Source: an uncultured Acidimicrobiaceae bacterium
GTDB lineage: Bacteria; Actinomycetota; Acidimicrobiia; Acidimicrobiales; RAAP-2
Direction of reading: 5' to 3'
NCBI GenBank assembly: GCA_963804055.1
Contig: CAWDOU010000001.1
Span: forward strand, 451,156 to 483,155
Length of the DNA stretch: 32,000 bases
Shown: positions 8,621 to 17,156 of the stretch, piece by piece
How the letters are laid out: every line of letters begins with the position of its first letter
Numbering within the stretch: position 1 is the stretch's first letter
Position numbers and translations under genes: made by a program
Notes under the pieces: model-generated
Seen by the model: the letters and a program-made list of their open reading frames with translations, nothing else
Database searches by the model: none
What the model was told of the DNA's origin: nothing

Positions 8621-8637
8621 CCGGCCACGGGGGCCGG
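8621..8637 (+). terminator. candidate GC hairpin after the thiolase operon
   Basis: CCGGCC (8621-8626), a 5-nt loop, then GGCCGG (8632-8637), 25 nt after the stop at 8596. There is no U-tract, so this is weak. Confidence 0.25.
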
Positions 8638-8650
8638 CGGGGAGCCGTGC

Positions 8651-9169
8651 ATGGTCGATGCGAGCCTGTGGCAGGAGGGTCCGGAGTCGCCGGTCACCGA
8701 GTGGCGGGCGACCGTCTGGGGCATGCCGACCCTCTTCTCCCTGATGGGCATTGTGTTCGGACTCGGCTTCCTGGTGATCGGCGCCGATCATCTCGTGGCA
8801 CCGACGAGCTCGATCTCCCGTCTGCTTGCGCTCGGAATGATCGTCGGCGGACTGTGGTTCGCCGGTCTGAGCGGGCTGTCGGCCCTTTTCACCGTGAAGA
8901 GCATCAGGTTGCGGGAAGACGGAGACCTCGTGTTCACCGCATGGCGCCGGGAGGTCCGTGTCCAACCGGGTGGCCTGCTCTCCGTGCAGCCTGTGGTGTT
9001 CGATTGGAACAGGCTGCTTCCCTTCAGGGTCGACTCGGACCAGGGGACCCTCTGGTTGTGGCCCAGGTTCACCGACATGGACACGCTCTGGGACGCGTTC
9101 TTGTCGCACAGCCTGTTGGCGTCCGTTGCGCCGCTTTCGCCGTCCTTCCCGTGGAGCCGGAGCGGCTGA
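8651..9169 (+). CDS. membrane protein, two TM helices plus a beta-rich C-terminal domain (bacterial PH-like/YdbS-like layout)
   Basis: 172-aa ORF. Hydrophobic helices are LFSLMGIVFGLGFLVIGA and LLALGMIVGGLWFAGLSGL. Next comes VKSIRLREDGDLVFTAWRREVRV, a TM-TM-PH type arrangement. The family call is tentative. Confidence 0.5.
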   Translation: MVDASLWQEGPESPVTEWRATVWGMPTLFSLMGIVFGLGFLVIGADHLVAPTSSISRLLALGMIVGGLWFAGLSGLSALFTVKSIRLREDGDLVFTAWRREVRVQPGGLLSVQPVVFDWNRLLPFRVDSDQGTLWLWPRFTDMDTLWDAFLSHSLLASVAPLSPSFPWSRSG

Positions 9170-9193
9170 GAGCTGGTCGCGTTGCGGTCGATC

Positions 9194-10078
9194 TCAGGCG
9201 CCCGCGGGCGCGGTCAGGGAGGAGCGCCACGCCGGGGGAGCGATCGTCGCGAGATCGCGCTGCACCTTCGGCGTGCTGTCGCGCGGAGGCGAGTCGAAGA
9301 ACGTGATCGATCGGCAACCCGACAGGGAGACGAGCACGGGTCCGAAGGCCGTGCCGTCGGCGTACTGGAAGTACAGACGTGCCTCGGAGCCATTGTCTCT
9401 CGGGCAGGCCACGCCGGCGTGAGCCGCCGGAGCCGCATTGATGTCGTCCACCAGGGTCGAAGCGAGTCGGGCCCCGATCGACCCATAGGCGATTTTGCAC
9501 TGCGTGCTGTCCGACCCCGGGTCCCATTGCACGGTGCCGGCGGCCGGTTGCGAGCGAATGGGCACCGTCGTGGTTCCCGGGGGAGATGTGGCGGGGTAGA
9601 CGAGGTCGCAGCGTCCATCACGCACGTACGTCGTTTGCACGACCCGGGGGATGGACTGCACGTTGAACGCCGACTGCCCGATTGACGTGCAGCTCTGCTG
9701 TCGGGTGACCGGCAGGAATCCGCCCCCGACGCTGACGAGGTCGCCCTCGTGCGCAATGACGTGTCCTTGTGCATTGAGCAGTTCGGCGGGGTGGAGCCGC
9801 ACTTTGAAACCGGTTGGCCACAGGAAGGGGTCACGCCCCCCGAGGCCGGCGCAGGCGCCCGACTTGGTCAGATAGACGTGGAATGGCCCTTCGCTCGCGG
9901 CCTCCATGGAGAAGCCCCCGTCAGACGTCCAGCCGTCGGACGGAAGCGAGTAGGTCGGCCCGTCGTGCGAGTGTGCGCTTGCCGCCGCCGCGGAGGACGT
10001 CAGCCCGGTCCCGAAAGCCAGTACGGCCAAGACGATGACGGCGCCGGCCCGCCCGGTCCGAAGCGTGTGCGTGCTCAC
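9194..10078 (-). CDS. secreted hypothetical protein
   Basis: 294-aa ORF with a signal-peptide-like N-terminus (RTGRAGAVIVLAVLAFGTGLTSSAAAASA). Several Cys residues lie in the mature part. No family recognised. Confidence 0.55.
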   Translation of the reverse strand: MSTHTLRTGRAGAVIVLAVLAFGTGLTSSAAAASAHSHDGPTYSLPSDGWTSDGGFSMEAASEGPFHVYLTKSGACAGLGGRDPFLWPTGFKVRLHPAELLNAQGHVIAHEGDLVSVGGGFLPVTRQQSCTSIGQSAFNVQSIPRVVQTTYVRDGRCDLVYPATSPPGTTTVPIRSQPAAGTVQWDPGSDSTQCKIAYGSIGARLASTLVDDINAAPAAHAGVACPRDNGSEARLYFQYADGTAFGPVLVSLSGCRSITFFDSPPRDSTPKVQRDLATIAPPAWRSSLTAPAGA

Positions 10079-10139
10079 CAGCCAACACGATACGTCGGAC
10101 GTGTTCGAATTGTCGGTCCCGGTTCACCGGGCCTTCCGC

Positions 10140-10583
10140 TCAGGAGCGGGGCGGCAGCACCGTGAAGGCGATCGTCGAGACGGCCGCCAGCTTGTTCTCC
10201 CGGCCGACGTCCGTGACCTCCACCTGGAGCACGAAGGTGGAACGGCCCTGCCGCACGATCCAGGCGTCGGCGCGTGCGGGGCCGACGGCCACCGGGGACA
10301 GGAAGTGGATGTTCATGTCCGAGGTCGCGGTGCTGAAGCCGTTCTCGTGATCGCACGAGTCATAGGCCAGACGTCCGGCGCAGACGTCGATCAGCACCGC
10401 AATGAGGCCGCCCTGCAGCGCGCCACGGACATTCGCCACTTCCGGGCGGACGTCCATCTCAATGATGAGGTGACCCTCGGGCGCCGGGATGTCCTTCGTG
10501 CCGAGTTGCTCGAAGAGGTGCCCCCCCTGTGCGATCACCTCGTTGTGCAGCTGGGACAGTTCCGCGTTGGGGAGCTTCGCCAT
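10140..10583 (-). CDS. PaaI-family hotdog-fold thioesterase
   Basis: Trimmed to ATG 10583 (MAKLPNAELSQLHN...). The segments NVRGALQGGLIAVLIDVCAG and FLSPV...A.IVRQGRS fit the PaaI/4HBT pattern. The 63-aa upstream extension of the track ORF is Pro/Arg/Gly-rich. Confidence 0.8.
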   Translation of the reverse strand: MAKLPNAELSQLHNEVIAQGGHLFEQLGTKDIPAPEGHLIIEMDVRPEVANVRGALQGGLIAVLIDVCAGRLAYDSCDHENGFSTATSDMNIHFLSPVAVGPARADAWIVRQGRSTFVLQVEVTDVGRENKLAAVSTIAFTVLPPRS

Positions 10584-10609
10584 GGGACATGGATATCCCA
10601 ACTCCGACG

Positions 10610-10637
10610 GGGCCGCTAATCGGGTCGGGCGCGGCCC
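10610..10637 (-). terminator. candidate hairpin downstream of the 217-aa gene
   Basis: GGGCCGC (10610-10616) pairs with GCGGCCC (10631-10637) across a 14-nt loop, about 20 nt after the minus-strand stop at 10657. There is no clear U-tract. Confidence 0.25.
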
Positions 10638-10656
10638 TCCGTTGCCGATGCGAGGC

Positions 10657-11310
10657 CTACCTCGTGACGTCGAAGGTGGCGGTCCCCGTCGTCCTGTCCC
10701 CGTGGTGCACCGTCCGACCGATTGTGCCGGTGACGTGGTCGGAGCCGATCGTCCCGCTGAAGTGGGCGACATTCGACGTCGTCCGTCCGGTCAAGGTGGC
10801 GTGGATCGGCTGTCCGTGGAAGGAGCCGGTGACCGTGCCGAACGTCTGCGCGGCCTTCGACGTCAGGCTCAGATTCGACAGGTTCAGCGAGATGTCGAGG
10901 GTGAAGGCGGTCCCCTCGATCGTCCCGGTGATGTCCGCCACGGGCAGGCTTGCGGGGATGGAGAGCGAGGTCGTGCCCAGTCCCGTGCCGCTCTGCTGCG
11001 GCAGGGGTGGGACGACACCGGTCGCAACGATCGGGAGCCCGCGGGCCGAACCGCTGATCGGCCCGATGGTGGGCTTTGTCCCGCTCGCGCCGGTCCACGA
11101 GACGGTGGCACTGCCTTTTCCGAGGGGAATCGAACGCAACCGTGCGATCTCGGCCGTCACGGGCACGGAGAGCAACCCGAGCGCCGTCAGTGTCCCGACG
11201 GCGATGGCGGTGCAGCGCCACGTCCCGCGCCGGGACCACAGGCGAGGGGAGTGTCCGGCCGGCATCCGCTGATCGTAGGCAGCCACGATGTCCCAGGGCG
11301 GCGAGTTCAT
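10657..11310 (-). CDS. membrane-anchored/exported hypothetical protein
   Basis: 217-aa ORF with an N-terminal hydrophobic anchor, CTAIAVGTLTALGLLSVPVTA. The remainder is Gly/Thr/Ser-rich with recurring GTI/GTV motifs. No family recognised. Confidence 0.5.
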   Translation of the reverse strand: MNSPPWDIVAAYDQRMPAGHSPRLWSRRGTWRCTAIAVGTLTALGLLSVPVTAEIARLRSIPLGKGSATVSWTGASGTKPTIGPISGSARGLPIVATGVVPPLPQQSGTGLGTTSLSIPASLPVADITGTIEGTAFTLDISLNLSNLSLTSKAAQTFGTVTGSFHGQPIHATLTGRTTSNVAHFSGTIGSDHVTGTIGRTVHHGDRTTGTATFDVTR

Positions 11311-11432
11311 CCCGTCGTCACGCTTCCTTCGCGGCCCGTGGCCTCACCGGGTCGGCCGGAGGCGGTGCATAGGATTGCTCCGTGGCGTCGGCCGGCGAAC
11401 CTCCGACACCGGATCCCCTCTGGGTCGGTGAC

Positions 11433-12488
11433 ATGCAGATCCGTCTGCTGGCTCCGTCCGAGTCAGCCCGGCTCGGCGAAGCCGTTCGGGCCGTCTACGG
11501 CGAGACCTACCCCGTGCAGTGGACCTACGACCCGGACGAGGTGGCCCGCCGTATCGCCGCCGGTCTCCTGATCTCGGCCATCGCCGAGACGGCCGAGGGC
11601 GAGCTGCTGTGTCATTCGGGTCTCGTGCTCAACGCACCGGGTGACGCCATCGGCCACGCCGGCCAGGCTCTGACGCTGCCCGCGGCGCGGGGGCAGCACA
11701 TCTTCACCACGGTCAAGCGTTACCTCGTCGACTGGGCGGCGGCCCTGGCGCTCGTCGGCATGTACAGCGAGGCCACTGCCGCCCATCCCTACAGCCAGCG
11801 GGCCCTGTTGGATCTGGGCGGCCACGAGACGGGATTCTTGCTCGGCTTCATTCCTGCGACGGTCGACAACAACGCCGCGGAGGGGTCGAGCCGGGGCCGC
11901 ACGTCGGCCGCATTGTTCTTTCTCCGGTTGCGACCGGGCCATGAGCGGATGCTCTATGCGCCCACCCGTCACCGCGACATCGTGCTCCAGACGATTCAGA
12001 TCTGTGGGTCCCGGTCCACCCTGGCCGAGGCGCCGGCGAGCCCGGACCTTCCCCCCGTCTCCGAACTCTCCATCGAGAATGATCCCGGCGACAACGTCGC
12101 GACCCTGATGGTGCACCGGGCCGGCGAGGACCTGACCGCCCGTGTCGACGCGGAGCGCGCCCGGCTGTTCGGTGAGGGCGTCGACGCCCTGTATGTGGAT
12201 CTGCCGCTCGACCGGCCCGAGTCGGCGCACGTGAGCACTGCCCTGCAGGAGCTCAGCCTGTCCTACTCGGGGATCTTCCCCAACAACCGGGCCGCGGCGG
12301 ACGTCCTCCGGCTGCAGTGCCTGCGCGACGCCACCGCCTGGAGTCACGACGTGGCGGTGGCCTCCCCCCACGGTGCCGCACTGCTCGAGTATGTGATCGC
12401 GGACATGGAGGCGGTGGGCCAGAGGGTCGAGCGGGCCGCCAACACGTGTGTTCCCGGTGACGCCGTCCCGCTGGTCGCCGTGCGCTGA
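11433..12488 (+). CDS. GNAT-like acetyltransferase with an uncharacterised C-terminal half
   Basis: The N-terminal ~150 aa (MQIRLLAPSE...LTLPAARGQHIFTTVKRYLVDWA...YSQRALLDLGGHETG) has the layout of a GNAT acetyl-CoA-binding fold. I could not assign the C-terminal ~200 aa. The start could also be ATG 11382. Confidence 0.55.
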   Translation: MQIRLLAPSESARLGEAVRAVYGETYPVQWTYDPDEVARRIAAGLLISAIAETAEGELLCHSGLVLNAPGDAIGHAGQALTLPAARGQHIFTTVKRYLVDWAAALALVGMYSEATAAHPYSQRALLDLGGHETGFLLGFIPATVDNNAAEGSSRGRTSAALFFLRLRPGHERMLYAPTRHRDIVLQTIQICGSRSTLAEAPASPDLPPVSELSIENDPGDNVATLMVHRAGEDLTARVDAERARLFGEGVDALYVDLPLDRPESAHVSTALQELSLSYSGIFPNNRAAADVLRLQCLRDATAWSHDVAVASPHGAALLEYVIADMEAVGQRVERAANTCVPGDAVPLVAVR

Positions 12489-12503
12489 GGGCGCCAACCC
12501 GGA

Positions 12504-13118
12504 TCAGGCGATCGGGAAATCGAAATAGGTGTCCGGGTACGGCTCGTGTCCGAGGGTGTAGTGCCACCATTCACGGTCGTAGGACCTGAAGCCGCAGTCC
12601 TCCATGATGGAGCACAGAGAGCGGCGGTTCCTCGCCTCGAGTTGCGAGATTCCCCGTGCGCCATGATGCGAGATCGGATCCATCAGATCGTGGTCTCCAC
12701 CCATGGCAGCCAGATCTCCGCTGCCCAGGTCGTAGAGGGTCAGGTCGACCGTGCTGCCCCTGCTGTGCCCCGATCTGGTCGCCACGTAGCCGTCCTCGAA
12801 CATCGTGACCCTCTCCATGTTGGGATAGTGCCGCATCTTCGTCCGGCCGTCCTCCGGCTGTTCTGACCATCGCACGAAGCAATCCACGGCCCGCTGCGGC
12901 CGGTAGCCGTCCCAGAGGAGCAGACCGAAACCCCACGACGCAGCCTGGTCCCGTGCGTGCGCGAGCGCTGCGCACAATGCCCTCGTACCGACGATGCGAT
13001 TCGCCAGGTACCCGTCGACCGGCCGCCCGGTGAAGTTGTCCCACGTGGCGTACTTTGCATCCCAGCGAACTCCGGGCACCAGCTCGTCGACGTAGACGAA
13101 CTGCTCGAACATGGTCAT
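12504..13118 (-). CDS. vanX: D-alanyl-D-alanine dipeptidase VanX
   Basis: Trimmed to ATG 13118 (MTMFEQFVYVDELVPG...). VanX signatures are present: WDGYRP, SGHSRGSTVDLTL (Zn ligands) and REWWHYTL. Its start overlaps the ligase stop (ATGA at 13115-13118). Confidence 0.92.
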   Translation of the reverse strand: MTMFEQFVYVDELVPGVRWDAKYATWDNFTGRPVDGYLANRIVGTRALCAALAHARDQAASWGFGLLLWDGYRPQRAVDCFVRWSEQPEDGRTKMRHYPNMERVTMFEDGYVATRSGHSRGSTVDLTLYDLGSGDLAAMGGDHDLMDPISHHGARGISQLEARNRRSLCSIMEDCGFRSYDREWWHYTLGHEPYPDTYFDFPIA

Positions 13119-14149
13119 CTCGCGCTCAGCGCCAAGGCCACGACCCGGTCGACGACATCGGCGAGCGACCATCCCGCGGCCGCCATCATCCTCGGAAAGC
13201 GGCTGTACGACGTCAGGCCGGGCATCGTGTTGACCTCGTTCAGGACGACCGTTCCGTCCTCCTGCAGGAACAGGTCCACCCGCGACAGACCCCGGCACCC
13301 CAAGGCCTGGTAGAGGGTCCTCGCCGTCTCTTGGACACGTGCTCGTGATTCCGGTGGGATGTCGGCGGGCACAATGAAGGTGGCGTTCTCCGAGCCACTC
13401 TCCGGCCGCTGTTCCTGATGGATTCTGAAGAACCCATGGGACAGAGCGACGCGGTCCGGCTCGCCGACGATCAGGTCGGCGCCGTTGCCGATGACCGCGC
13501 AGCCGATCTCGCTCCCGATGAGGGCGTCCTCAATGAGGACCTTCGTGTCGTAGCGCCGTGCGGTGTCGATCGCACCCAGGAGTTCCTCCGGGCGGGAGAC
13601 CTTGCTGACGCCGAACGACGACCCCGACCGGGCCGGCTTTACGAACACGGGGTAGGTGAACTCGTCGGGATCGACGACAACGTGCGGTGTGATCGCTCGG
13701 AAACGCGGTGTTTCGATGCCGGCCTGGCGAGCGACGAGGTACGTGAGCGACTTGTCCATGCACAGCGCGGAGCTCTGAATGTCGCAGCCCACGTAGGGGA
13801 CGCCGGACAGGTCCAGCAAGCCCTGGATGGCCCCGTCCTCGCCCTGTTTCCCGTGCAGAACAGGGAACACCAGGTCCACGGGGACCTCTTCGTAGCCCTC
13901 CGGGGTGTGGACGAGGAGCCCGTGCACGCGTCGGTCCGGCGACAGCAGCGCGGGAAGGCAGGTGCCGGCTTCCCAATCCGCATCGGGGTCGTCACACAGT
14001 GTCCAGTTGCCCCGTGTCGTGATGCCGACGTAGAACGGTTCGTACGTAGCGGGGTCGAGGGCCCTCGCGACCTCTTGCGCTGACTTGAGCGAAACCGCAT
14101 GCTCTTCTGAAGATCCTCCGAAGAGGACCGCGATCCGCACCCTAGCCAT
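13115..14149 (-). CDS. vanA: D-alanine--D-lactate ligase (VanA/VanB-type)
   Basis: Begins MARVRIAVLFGGSSEEHAVSLKSA. Contains GFFRIHQEQRPESGSENATFIVPADI and LNEVNTMPGLTSYSRFPRMMAAAG. These closely parallel enterococcal VanA as I recall it, including the His-containing RIHQE segment. Flanked by vanH and vanX with overlapping stop/start codons. Confidence 0.92.
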   Translation of the reverse strand: MARVRIAVLFGGSSEEHAVSLKSAQEVARALDPATYEPFYVGITTRGNWTLCDDPDADWEAGTCLPALLSPDRRVHGLLVHTPEGYEEVPVDLVFPVLHGKQGEDGAIQGLLDLSGVPYVGCDIQSSALCMDKSLTYLVARQAGIETPRFRAITPHVVVDPDEFTYPVFVKPARSGSSFGVSKVSRPEELLGAIDTARRYDTKVLIEDALIGSEIGCAVIGNGADLIVGEPDRVALSHGFFRIHQEQRPESGSENATFIVPADIPPESRARVQETARTLYQALGCRGLSRVDLFLQEDGTVVLNEVNTMPGLTSYSRFPRMMAAAGWSLADVVDRVVALALSAR

Positions 14150-15197
14150 GAGGATCCGCTCCCAGGAAGCAGAGACAGTTGGTGAGAGTGGCCTCCATGA
14201 TGTCCCGGAGGGCGTGGTCCGTGTAGTAGGCGGTGTGTGGTGTGATCACGACGTTCGGCAGCTTCTGCAATCGCGCCAACAGCGGGTGCGAAGCGGGATC
14301 CCGGCTGTGATCGAAGTAGAAGATGCCGTCCTCGCCTTCGAGGACATCCAGGGCCGCTCCACCGAGGCGCCCGCTCTCCAGGGCGTCGAGAAGGGCCTCC
14401 GTGGCGACGAGTGATCCCCGTCCCGTGTTGATGACGAACGCCCCTGGCTTCATCTGCCCGATCCGTTGGCGGTCCAGGAGGTGGTGGGTCTCTCCGGTGA
14501 GAGGCGTGTGGAGCGTGACGACATCGCTGTGCGCCAGCAGGGCGGCGAGGGGCACGCAGCCGATGGAGGGCTCTGGACGCCGGTCATGGACGAGCACCCG
14601 ACCGCCGAAGCCCCGCAGGCGGTCGAGAACCGCAGATCCGATGCGCCCCGCCCCGATCACGCCGATCGTCATGTCGCGGAGCTCCCGCCCGAGGACCTCG
14701 CCCAATCGGTAGTCGTGCGCCTGTGAGCGGAGGACTGTCGATTGGGCGTTTCGCGCCACCATCAACAGCAACAGCAGCGTATAGTCGGCCACGCTGGCCG
14801 GCGAGTAGGCGACGTTCTCGACCGAAATCTGCAGGCACTCCGCTGCGCGCAGATCGATATGGTCATATCCCACGCTCCTGGTCGAGATGTACCTCACGCC
14901 GGCCTGGTGGAGAGCACGAAGGGTGGCGTGTGAGACCTGCGATTTGTGGCCGATGCTGATGCAGCGATTTCCGGCGCTCAGGCGAGCGGTTCCCTCCGAC
15001 GCCGGGGCGCTTGTGATGGTCGGGCTGACGCCATGTCGGGCCGCGATCTCCCGGAGCAAGGCCGTCTCGTTCGGCTCGCAGCCATAGAAGGTGATGCCGA
15101 TCCGAGCAGAGGTGTGGGTTTCATGGCGCGCGCCCGCAGAGAACGCCGGCCGGGGTGCGGGGTGAGCTGCCGAGCGCACCGGTACTCTGGGGTCCAC
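14142..15197 (-). CDS. vanH: D-lactate (2-hydroxyacid) dehydrogenase VanH
   Basis: Has IGITFYGCEPNE near the N-terminus, the NAD-binding segment GVIGAGRIGSAV, and the D-2-hydroxyacid dehydrogenase core. An 8-nt overlap with the vanA start lies at 14142-14149. The first ~33 aa are an Ala/Pro/Arg-rich extension, so the true start is uncertain. An in-frame GTG lies at 15179. Confidence 0.88.
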   Translation of the reverse strand: MDPRVPVRSAAHPAPRPAFSAGARHETHTSARIGITFYGCEPNETALLREIAARHGVSPTITSAPASEGTARLSAGNRCISIGHKSQVSHATLRALHQAGVRYISTRSVGYDHIDLRAAECLQISVENVAYSPASVADYTLLLLLMVARNAQSTVLRSQAHDYRLGEVLGRELRDMTIGVIGAGRIGSAVLDRLRGFGGRVLVHDRRPEPSIGCVPLAALLAHSDVVTLHTPLTGETHHLLDRQRIGQMKPGAFVINTGRGSLVATEALLDALESGRLGGAALDVLEGEDGIFYFDHSRDPASHPLLARLQKLPNVVITPHTAYYTDHALRDIMEATLTNCLCFLGADPHG

Positions 15198-15287
15198 CCC
15201 ATCGAGTCAATCCATTGCGATGTTGTCAGCGGGTATCGAGCTTTGGATACGCCGGCGATATGTCCCGGCACGTAACCTGGCCTGAAT
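15198..15287. promoter_or_regulatory. divergent vanH / vanR control region
   Basis: A 90-bp gap between the divergent vanH and vanR starts must hold both promoters. ATCGAG occurs at 15201 and 15235, and GCGAT(g/a)T(t)GTC-like words at 15217 and 15255. A TAACCT (TANNNT) -10-like hexamer at 15273-15278 sits 9 nt before the GTG start of vanR, and there is no SD. Confidence 0.45.
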
Positions 15288-15974
15288 GTGCGTGTTCTGA
15301 TCGTCGAGGACGAGCCCTACATGGCCGATGCCATTCGTGACGGTCTACGGCTGGAGGCGATCGCCGCCGATATCGCAGCGGACGGTCACGCTGCCCTGGA
15401 GCTGTTGCGCGTCAATTCCTACGACATCGCCGTCCTCGACCGCGACATCCCAGGGCCCTCTGGTGACCAGGTGGCGGGGCGCATCGTCGCCTCGGGCAGC
15501 GGCATCCCTATCCTCATGCTCACAGCCGCAGACCGCCTCGATGACAAGGCTTCCGGGTTCGAGCTCGGCGCCGACGACTACCTCACGAAGCCCTTCGAGC
15601 TCCGGGAGCTCGTGCTTCGCCTCCGGGCACTCGATCGCCGGCGAGCGCACCACAGGCCGCCGGTGCGGGAGATCGCAGGGTTGCGGCTCGATCCGTTCCG
15701 ACGCGAGGTGTATCGGGACGGGCGCTATGTCGTGCTCACCCGCAAGCAGTTCGCAGTGCTCGAGGTACTCGTGGCGGCAGATGGCGGCGTCGTCAGTGCC
15801 GAAGAGCTCTTGGAACGGGCTTGGGACGAGAATGCGGACCCTTTCACGAATGCGGTGCGCATCACGGTCTCATCGTTGCGCAAGCGTCTCGGTGGGCCCC
15901 CGATCATCGCCACGGTGGCCGGTGTCGGCTATCGGATCGAGGCTGCGGCGGAGTCTGAGGAAGATCATGGATAG
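15288..15974 (+). CDS. vanR: OmpR-family response regulator VanR
   Basis: The receiver domain shows MRVLIVEDE, the phospho-acceptor context DIAVLDRDIPG, and DDYLTKPF. A winged-helix C-terminus is present (LTRKQFAVLEVL...GVGYRI). It is divergent from vanHAX and overlaps vanS by 8 nt. Confidence 0.85.
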   Translation: MRVLIVEDEPYMADAIRDGLRLEAIAADIAADGHAALELLRVNSYDIAVLDRDIPGPSGDQVAGRIVASGSGIPILMLTAADRLDDKASGFELGADDYLTKPFELRELVLRLRALDRRRAHHRPPVREIAGLRLDPFRREVYRDGRYVVLTRKQFAVLEVLVAADGGVVSAEELLERAWDENADPFTNAVRITVSSLRKRLGGPPIIATVAGVGYRIEAAAESEEDHG

Positions 15975-17073
15975 AGCCTCCGGCTTGAGTGTTCGCCTCA
16001 AACTGACGCTCAGCTACGCCGGTTTCGTCATGGTCGCAGGTGCCCTTCTCCTTGGTGCCGTCTGGGTGTTCCTGTTGCGCTACGTGCCCAGGGGCGAGAC
16101 CGTTATCGTCCACAACTCGCGCATCCTGGTGTCCCCGGGTCGCGGCGAGCTTCTGCGGGATTTCGGGCCGGCTGCAGCCGTCGTCCTGGTGTGTCTGTTG
16201 GTTTTCGGGCTCCTCGGGGGATGGCTTCTTGCCGGCCGGATGCTCGCCCCTCTGGCCCGGATCACCGAGGCCACACGCATGGCTGCAGAAGGATCACTGT
16301 CGCATCGGATACGCCTCCCCGGCCGGAAAGACGAGTTCCGCGAGTTGGCAGATGCCTTCGACACCATGCTGGCGCAGCTGGAGGCACATGTGGCGGAACA
16401 GCAGAGGTTCGCCTCCAACGCCTCCCATGAACTTCGCACGCCGCTGGCGATCACACAGACACTTCTTGAGGTCGCGCGAAACGATCCCTGTCGAGGAGAC
16501 GACCAGCTCGTCGACCGTCTTCTCCTGGTGAACGCCCGCGCCATCAATCTCACCGAGGCGTTGCTGGTGCTCAGCCGCGTCGACCAACGGTCGTTCACGC
16601 CGGAGGACGTCGACATGTCGCTTGTGGTGGAGGAAGCCACCGAGGTGCTCCTTCCTCTCGCCGAGAAGCACGGCGTGACGATGGATGTCTCCGGAGGCCT
16701 GGCTCAGACGACGGGTTCCGCTGCACTCTTGTTGCAACTGACGACGAACCTCGTGCACAACGCAATCGTGCACAATCTCGATCACGACGGTGCCGTGTGG
16801 GTCACCATCGGTGTCCAGGGCCAAGACGTGGTGCTGACGGTCGAGAACACCGGAGCGAGGCTCACCGCGCAGGCCGTCTCCACACTGGTCGAGCCGTTCC
16901 AGCGCGGATCCACGCGCCTGCACACCGACCACGGTGGCATAGGTCTCGGGCTGGCGCTTGTCGACAGCATCACGAGCGCACACGACGGGACGCTCACGCT
17001 GGCCCCCCGTCCCAGCGGAGGGCTCTGTGCGGTGGTTCGACTGCCCGCGGTGCCACGGGAGGTGGTTCGGTAG
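15967..17073 (+). CDS. vanS: sensor histidine kinase VanS
   Basis: ATG 15967 lies inside track ORF 15328..17073. There are two TM helices with a short extracytoplasmic loop, a HAMP-like linker, the H-box ASHELRTPLA, the N-box LVHNAIVHN and the G-box DHGGIGLGLALV. Confidence 0.85.
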   Translation: MDRASGLSVRLKLTLSYAGFVMVAGALLLGAVWVFLLRYVPRGETVIVHNSRILVSPGRGELLRDFGPAAAVVLVCLLVFGLLGGWLLAGRMLAPLARITEATRMAAEGSLSHRIRLPGRKDEFRELADAFDTMLAQLEAHVAEQQRFASNASHELRTPLAITQTLLEVARNDPCRGDDQLVDRLLLVNARAINLTEALLVLSRVDQRSFTPEDVDMSLVVEEATEVLLPLAEKHGVTMDVSGGLAQTTGSAALLLQLTTNLVHNAIVHNLDHDGAVWVTIGVQGQDVVLTVENTGARLTAQAVSTLVEPFQRGSTRLHTDHGGIGLGLALVDSITSAHDGTLTLAPRPSGGLCAVVRLPAVPREVVR

Positions 17074-17156
17074 ATATCCGGTCCTGGGCCGTCGCGCCTG
17101 TTCCGCAGGCTCGCAGACCCCCATACGTGCTTCGTCGTCACGAACTGATTCCAAAG

